This document shows positions 58,004-64,000 of a DNA stretch of 64,000 bases, one piece after another. Position 1 is the first letter of the stretch. Each line of letters begins with the position of its first letter. Origin of the DNA: a virus. Under the pieces are notes generated by a model. It worked only from the letters and a program-made list of their open reading frames with translations, did no database searches and was not told the origin of the DNA. The translations under genes and the position numbers were made by a program. The DNA lies in the IMG/VR virus record IMGVR_UViG_3300021142_000004. One strand, given 5' to 3'.

Positions 58004-58800
58004 TATTGTCTTTTTTCATAAAATATTATTGGATCTCCAGATTCACCTATTCTAGAACCAACATTAACTCCATCAAATCTAAAAACTTGATAAGAATAAT
58101 CTGTTCTATCTATCACAACTTTATAATACATATCACTACTTTCATTAACTTCTTGTACTGAAGTTAATCCAGTAGTTGTAAAATCTGCAATTGTACCATC
58201 TTTTGCATTAAAGAATTTACCAGTCATCCAAAATGTGTCTCCAGTTAATGTTGTTGGTACAATTGCACTATCATCTTGAAACCAAAATAAATACATATTT
58301 TCTTTATTTCTATAATTATTACCTGTAAATACAGGTAAATATATATACTCATTTAACGGACCATAAAAATACTTTTCACCATTTGGTAATAATAAATTTC
58401 TTGTCATCACTAATCTTCTATTACTTCTATCAGGAGTCGCACCACTAGGTGTTTTATAAAATTCTAACCTAAAAAAACTTTTAGTTGAATCTTTTAACAT
58501 TAAAGCATTTTCTTGTGTTGTTATACCAATAAGACTGTAATCTAAACCATTCGTATATGTTGAACCACTATCTAAAAAATAAAAATAAAACCAAATATCT
58601 GTTTGATTTATATTGTTTGTTGATGTGTATGGTTTATGGATATATCTAAATGTTTCAAAATTATTTATCGGGTTAATAACGCTATTTAACACCTCAATTT
58701 CAAAATCAACTAAATTCTCCTCCCAACCTGCGTCAGTTTTAAAATTTTGTTCTGTGTTTAATATTACACTTATGTCATTTTTTGATTTTAAAAGTTCCAT
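58003..58800 (-). CDS. Virion structural protein
   Basis: 265-aa ORF, coupled. Confidence 0.55.
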   Translation of the reverse strand: MELLKSKNDISVILNTEQNFKTDAGWEENLVDFEIEVLNSVINPINNFETFRYIHKPYTSTNNINQTDIWFYFYFLDSGSTYTNGLDYSLIGITTQENALMLKDSTKSFFRLEFYKTPSGATPDRSNRRLVMTRNLLLPNGEKYFYGPLNEYIYLPVFTGNNYRNKENMYLFWFQDDSAIVPTTLTGDTFWMTGKFFNAKDGTIADFTTTGLTSVQEVNESSDMYYKVVIDRTDYSYQVFRFDGVNVGSRIGESGDPIIFYEKRQ

Positions 58801-60602
58801 TAGCAGATTATATTATTATTGTTATTGTTATTGTTATTAAAATTATTATTATTAAAATTGTTAATACCATCTTTTTTATTTATATAATATTGTTCATTTC
58901 TTAAATAAAAATTTATATCTATTTTAACGGCATGACAATTATTTAAAAACGGAAAATCAGTTCCATTACCATCAATATCTACATAACCATGATCATACAA
59001 ATCTCTCCATTTCCAAATACCTTCATTAACAAAGTATTTGGAATTTTCAGGTAAACCATAAATTTGATTAGTATCCGAAGTTTCAATATATGGTGATTGT
59101 TGTCTTAATTTAACCCTATAATGTGGTTGATAAATTAAACCAAACATATTATCAGGTGTTGCCCCTGAAAAACCTGATGTATCACCAGTTTGTCCATAAT
59201 AAAAAATATTAGGAGGATTACTTATTTGATGAAATGACTCCGATATTATTCTTTCTTTTAATTCATTAACATTATATTCAACAAATGCACCTGTTAATAA
59301 TGTACCAATAGGTAATGTTTCTCCACTAATAAAAGTATAACCTGATGCAGAGGGTGTATTACCTGTAAATGTAACACCACTAATTGAAGTTTCTAAAGAT
59401 GTGTTTCCACTAAATTGTTGATCTATGTATGTATCATGGAAATTAAATTTATAACCTACTTTAGGTGGATAGTTAAAAAATCCGTTTCCATTTCTAAAAA
59501 TACTTGTAACATACACATCAGTAGGTGTATAACCCAAATTATTTGTTATACCAGTTAAAGTAAATGGTGTCGTAAAATCAAATAGAACCGATTCCATTCT
59601 ATTTTTTTCAACTAAAAAATCATACGTACCGTCAACATTTTGAAATAGTAATTTTTTTTCATCTCTAAAAATTGGTGATTCAAAACCAACTTTATCCATT
59701 AACATATCATTAATACCTGTTAATGTTTTATGTTTATGTACATAATATTGTGATGTGGTACCACTAATATCATTAATATCTAAACATCTTTTACCAAATA
59801 TAACTGATGATAAAGTAGTTCCACTAGGAAATTGACTATTTTGAATTATAATGACATATTTTTCAGAATTATATGTTTCATTACCAACGGTGTCAATATA
59901 AAAGGTTTTTCCACTTATTGGTACTGAATCATTAAAACTACCACCAGATATAATAAGATATTCACCAGAGCTGATTCCATGTTCAATTGGTGATGTAAGT
60001 GTATAATAGGTGGAACCTGTTGTAACTCTAAATGGGATACCATCTTGTGCGGTAAAACTATAATTTGTTCCACCACTTAATGTATAATTCATTTTAAAAT
60101 TTGGATCACCTGAATAAATATAACTTAAATATAAATTCCAATTTTGATACGGTGCCGTTATTGGTGTTATAACAGTATGTCCTGTATATCCTGATAATTG
60201 AATATCTGGCGTAAATGTACCCAATGTATTTCCACTTACAGGATTATTAACTTCTCTTAAAACATCATTTCTTAAAAATGCAAATTCATTATATGGAATA
60301 TAACCATGTGTATAATCATAATCAGAACCATCACCGTTTAAATATAAATTTCTAACAAGAGGATAATATTGTGTTTCACCTGAATATAAATTCCTAAAAA
60401 TAATTTTTATTTTACCATAGACTTTATAATTATAACAATTATTTCTTTCTTGTTCAAATAAATCACTTAAATTTAATGATATATCCATATCACCTTCTCT
60501 AAGTAAAACTTCTTCTTTTTCAAGATCTAATCTTAAATCAATGTCTTGTTCATCCGCCTTAAAATACCTTTTTGTAGGTAATAATATTCTTTTATTTTCC
60601 AT
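58800..60602 (-). CDS. Virion structural protein with poly-Asn tail
   Basis: 600-aa ORF, [ST]GxT-rich. Confidence 0.55.
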   Translation of the reverse strand: MENKRILLPTKRYFKADEQDIDLRLDLEKEEVLLREGDMDISLNLSDLFEQERNNCYNYKVYGKIKIIFRNLYSGETQYYPLVRNLYLNGDGSDYDYTHGYIPYNEFAFLRNDVLREVNNPVSGNTLGTFTPDIQLSGYTGHTVITPITAPYQNWNLYLSYIYSGDPNFKMNYTLSGGTNYSFTAQDGIPFRVTTGSTYYTLTSPIEHGISSGEYLIISGGSFNDSVPISGKTFYIDTVGNETYNSEKYVIIIQNSQFPSGTTLSSVIFGKRCLDINDISGTTSQYYVHKHKTLTGINDMLMDKVGFESPIFRDEKKLLFQNVDGTYDFLVEKNRMESVLFDFTTPFTLTGITNNLGYTPTDVYVTSIFRNGNGFFNYPPKVGYKFNFHDTYIDQQFSGNTSLETSISGVTFTGNTPSASGYTFISGETLPIGTLLTGAFVEYNVNELKERIISESFHQISNPPNIFYYGQTGDTSGFSGATPDNMFGLIYQPHYRVKLRQQSPYIETSDTNQIYGLPENSKYFVNEGIWKWRDLYDHGYVDIDGNGTDFPFLNNCHAVKIDINFYLRNEQYYINKKDGINNFNNNNFNNNNNNNNNIIC

Positions 60603-63600
60603 TAGTTAACAGGTGTAAATGCATTTTTAGGACCGAATCTTTCAATTAATTTATCAACGCCAGTATTACCAGGTCTTAAACCAAAATAAAACATAAATGG
60701 TGTGGATAAAATTTGTTTAGTAGTATTATATGGGTCTTTTGTTGGATATATACTTAAATCCGTACTATAATCGTTTCCATTATGATAAATAATCGGATCA
60801 GTCCATGAACCTCCATCACCATTTCTAATATAAACATAACCATCAGTAGGATCTGTTACCGTACCACTATATGCAATTAATAATTTAAAATTTAATGGTG
60901 TTTCTTCATATAAATTAAGAGTATCACTAACACTTACAAAAGTAGGATCTACATTACCACTCATAACAACTATATCAAATTCTTCGGCCAAATTTAACGT
61001 TATACCTGTTATTGTTTGACCAGAATAATCATAACTTATTGGTGGTAAAAGATATGCATCATTTGGATTTGTTGTTATACCAGTAAAACGATAACCATAT
61101 GTCATACCTTGTAAATTTTGTACTTGTATATTTCCATAATCAAAAACTTGATATCCATTTCTACCGAACCCATATCCACCTTTATCCCATAAATAAAATG
61201 GTACAGGTTGAGATGATTCTGTTAAATGACCAGGTGCGTTTAAACATTCTCTAATTCTTATTCCATCCTTTTCATATTGTAACGTTATTGGTACTGGTCC
61301 ATATGTACCATTTCCTGCAGCATAAAACGGAGAAGGATTATCAATAGGGTCTAAATAACCCATATCATATTCAACATAATGTGCAAGATTCAAATCAAAT
61401 CCTTCAATACCAGCTTCACTATTGATTGATATAAGTTGAAGTAAATCCGGTTCAAAAACAGATATATTTGGTAAATAATTATTAATTATTCCATTTGTGA
61501 AAAAATTCTTAACTGTTGATAATCCAGTCGCATCAGTTGTTGTATCCATCTTATAATTTATTGCAAATGCAACTAGTTCACCAAAACTTTTAAATGATGT
61601 TGGTCCTATTGAACGAGCAACTGAACAATTTGGATCTAACGATGGGTCAGTACAAATTTCTCTAACAAATTCATCTCTTGGACCTAAATCAACAAATGTC
61701 GTTGGATGTGCAAGTATTTTAATATTATTCGTAGACTCAATACCCCAAGTTCCATTATTATAATATGTTGATCTATAGTACATAACACCTTGTCCTAAAT
61801 TATTTTGATTTGGTATATATGTAATTAAATCATGACAAGCTTTAACCCTAGTATTATTACTTTTAAATTTTGCTTTAAATTGTGGAAAATATAACGAACC
61901 AGATAACCAATTATCCATAAATGAATAATTAACAATACCACCACAAAAAGATATACCAACAACTTTTCTTCTAAACCATTCTCTTAATGCATTCAAATTT
62001 TTACCAGATATTCCCGCTAAAGATGGAACTATCGTAAAAACACCGGATCTAAATTCCGAATAACCTGTTTTAGTTTTTCTATTATAATATTTTGTTCCGA
62101 TTTCACTAAAATTATAATAACTTGGTAATCTAGGTTGTCCACCAATAGACCAAACTTCACCAGCAATGTAATATTCTGGACTTGGTCTATCTATTAATAA
62201 ATTAGTTGGTGTTGTTATTGATTTTTCTATTATGCCAGGTGTGTTTGTACTAATACCACTTAAAGGATAATTTTTATTACCATTGCTATATGGTAAAGTA
62301 GGAGATCCATATGTTGTTGTTTGTCCATCAAACCATAATACTTCATCGGCTATAGATTTATCATATAATCTATTATATATGTTACAACTTTCCAATATTG
62401 TAGAACCTGTATATTGTTTATTTGTTTTTTTAAACATTCTATCTTCAATATAACCATATGTTGTTCCACTTATTATTGTTCCATTATTAGGTGAATCACC
62501 ATTAAATGTTATACCAAATAAATTTAACATATCATTTTTACTAATTATCATATATGGTGTACCATCAGGATAAATAGTTGTTAAAGGGACATTATTGATG
62601 GCAACTTCAGTTAATATAGTAACATTACCTTTATAAAAACCAAATATTGAACCACTTGGGTAACCATTTTGTTCAACAAGATAAATTTGATTTGTTTGAT
62701 TTGTATTTGGATCCATACCACCTATAGGACCTTTATTATTAAGATAATATGAAACTTCATTAATTGGTGATCCTGATGGAGAAAGACCTAAATCAATAAA
62801 AAATCTTGGGAAAACTTCACCATTATCCGGGTCGGTAAACTCTTCAGCACTTCCTAAATATGTGTAACCACTTTGTGAAATTTGATATGAACCATTATTT
62901 ACACAACCGGATGCAGTGTAACTAGAATAAACACAATAATCTCTTGCGTTTGTATTAGTTAAAATATTGGAAGTATTACCACTAATATCTTCATTTAAAC
63001 TAGTCGTACCTGTACTTAAAAACAAATACATATAATCAGTATCATTATTTCTAAAAGTACTAATACTATTTCCTATAATGTAATTAGATGTATTAGGTAC
63101 CCAAGTTTGTAAAATATCAAATTTTAATTCACCTATTTTTGCATAAACACCCGTATTAAATCCTGTGGTATATGACGTATCATCATCTGAACATAATTCA
63201 CAATCATCATAAATTGTTAATGGTAAAACTTTTTGTCCAGCAACACATACATTAAAGGCTGCATTTATAAATTTTTCACCAATTGCGGCAAATGGTCTCC
63301 AATTAAATGGCCAACCAAAATATATTCCATATAATCCCTTTCCGACATCATATAAAAATGTACCAACAAATTCAAAAACAACTAATTTTATAACAGCAAA
63401 AACAAATGTTATAAATGCAACTAATGTACCTATTAAAATATTAAAATTTAATCCACTATGTTTTGTTGCAAAATTTGTTGGTAATGTGTTAACACTACTT
63501 ATACAATCTTTTTCTTCGGATGGTACAATATCTTTTATACCGACATACTTATTACTATTATTTGTAATATCACCAGGTAATCTACTGTGGAATGAAGAAA

Positions 63601-64000
63601 CTGTATAAACTTTATTATATGTAAATCTATAAAAATAATCTTGGGGATAATAAAACCCTTCATAATTATTTAATATTAAAGAAATCCCATTTGAAGGATA
63701 TCCTGAATAGTCTGTTGTCCATGCATATGAATTTAAATCAATACCATTTTCATCATTAAATTCTCTAATATTTGGTACTAAAAAACTTGCTCTTGCCCTA
63801 ACTCTAGCCAATCCTTCATCTTTTAATGTGAACCTAAAACGATAACAAGATGAGGTTGGTATACCTTTATTTGGATCATTGGTATATTCATTTTCACCAA
63901 ATTCATTCGTATATAAATAATCCATATTCATCTCAATACTAAATGCAAAAGCACCGTCATCTCCAATGTCTTCATTTAAAATAACTTCTTCTAAATATGG
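60602..64000 (-). CDS. Large virion protein with hydrophobic segment, 5'-truncated by window edge
   Basis: Frame is open from 64000; contains ILIGTLVAFITFVFAVIKLVVF. Confidence 0.6.
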   Translation of the reverse strand, partial: PYLEEVILNEDIGDDGAFAFSIEMNMDYLYTNEFGENEYTNDPNKGIPTSSCYRFRFTLKDEGLARVRARASFLVPNIREFNDENGIDLNSYAWTTDYSGYPSNGISLILNNYEGFYYPQDYFYRFTYNKVYTVSSFHSRLPGDITNNSNKYVGIKDIVPSEEKDCISSVNTLPTNFATKHSGLNFNILIGTLVAFITFVFAVIKLVVFEFVGTFLYDVGKGLYGIYFGWPFNWRPFAAIGEKFINAAFNVCVAGQKVLPLTIYDDCELCSDDDTSYTTGFNTGVYAKIGELKFDILQTWVPNTSNYIIGNSISTFRNNDTDYMYLFLSTGTTSLNEDISGNTSNILTNTNARDYCVYSSYTASGCVNNGSYQISQSGYTYLGSAEEFTDPDNGEVFPRFFIDLGLSPSGSPINEVSYYLNNKGPIGGMDPNTNQTNQIYLVEQNGYPSGSIFGFYKGNVTILTEVAINNVPLTTIYPDGTPYMIISKNDMLNLFGITFNGDSPNNGTIISGTTYGYIEDRMFKKTNKQYTGSTILESCNIYNRLYDKSIADEVLWFDGQTTTYGSPTLPYSNGNKNYPLSGISTNTPGIIEKSITTPTNLLIDRPSPEYYIAGEVWSIGGQPRLPSYYNFSEIGTKYYNRKTKTGYSEFRSGVFTIVPSLAGISGKNLNALREWFRRKVVGISFCGGIVNYSFMDNWLSGSLYFPQFKAKFKSNNTRVKACHDLITYIPNQNNLGQGVMYYRSTYYNNGTWGIESTNNIKILAHPTTFVDLGPRDEFVREICTDPSLDPNCSVARSIGPTSFKSFGELVAFAINYKMDTTTDATGLSTVKNFFTNGIINNYLPNISVFEPDLLQLISINSEAGIEGFDLNLAHYVEYDMGYLDPIDNPSPFYAAGNGTYGPVPITLQYEKDGIRIRECLNAPGHLTESSQPVPFYLWDKGGYGFGRNGYQVFDYGNIQVQNLQGMTYGYRFTGITTNPNDAYLLPPISYDYSGQTITGITLNLAEEFDIVVMSGNVDPTFVSVSDTLNLYEETPLNFKLLIAYSGTVTDPTDGYVYIRNGDGGSWTDPIIYHNGNDYSTDLSIYPTKDPYNTTKQILSTPFMFYFGLRPGNTGVDKLIERFGPKNAFTPVN

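Noticed and set aside
1858-58840. Short antisense or nested ORFs in the track (e.g. 14790-15233, 25352-25840, 31864-32427, 38142-38471, 52941-53276)
   Set aside because: They are shadows of well-supported genes on the other strand or frame, with no motifs of their own.
1-64000. Stop-codon reassignment as in some huge phages
   Set aside because: Genes are full length in the standard code, and TAG and TGA end complete proteins (e.g. TAG at 38853). The gene splits are explained by intein motifs, not readthrough.
1-64000. tRNA or rRNA genes
   Set aside because: No cloverleaf or GC-rich structured intergenic region was seen by eye; tRNAscan-SE or Infernal would be needed to exclude them.

Overview
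This is a gene-dense, very AT-rich segment of a large (jumbo-type) tailed phage genome read in the standard code. The host is most likely Bacteroidota, judging by a Bacteroidota-type RpoD-like sigma, ClpP, an Hc1-like protein, TTTG-N19-TATATTTG promoters and a SprB-like repeat. Layout: 1-9.85 kb is a + strand glycan synthesis and modification cluster. 9.9-24.7 kb holds tail-fibre genes with an embedded glycosyltransferase/sulfotransferase/APS-kinase cassette. 24.7-46.5 kb holds redox, AAA ATPase, Dam, acidic head-associated, sigma, ClpP, Mre11/Rad50, primase and resolvase genes. 46.8-64 kb encodes large virion/baseplate-like proteins. The most notable signal is a set of fractured genes. An AAA ATPase and the Rad50/SbcC ATPase are each cut inside the Walker A motif by atypically split inteins (27- and 29-aa IntN, 121- and 124-aa IntC) with opposite charge polarity. 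Mre11/SbcD is also split, but without an intein. Decayed homing-endonuclease relics sit in two of the three gaps. Other highlights are a strongly enriched [S/T]-G-x-T motif in virion proteins (candidate glycosylation sequon) and a likely -1 frameshift at A10G-TAA. All calls come from motif reading by eye; no database search was run.
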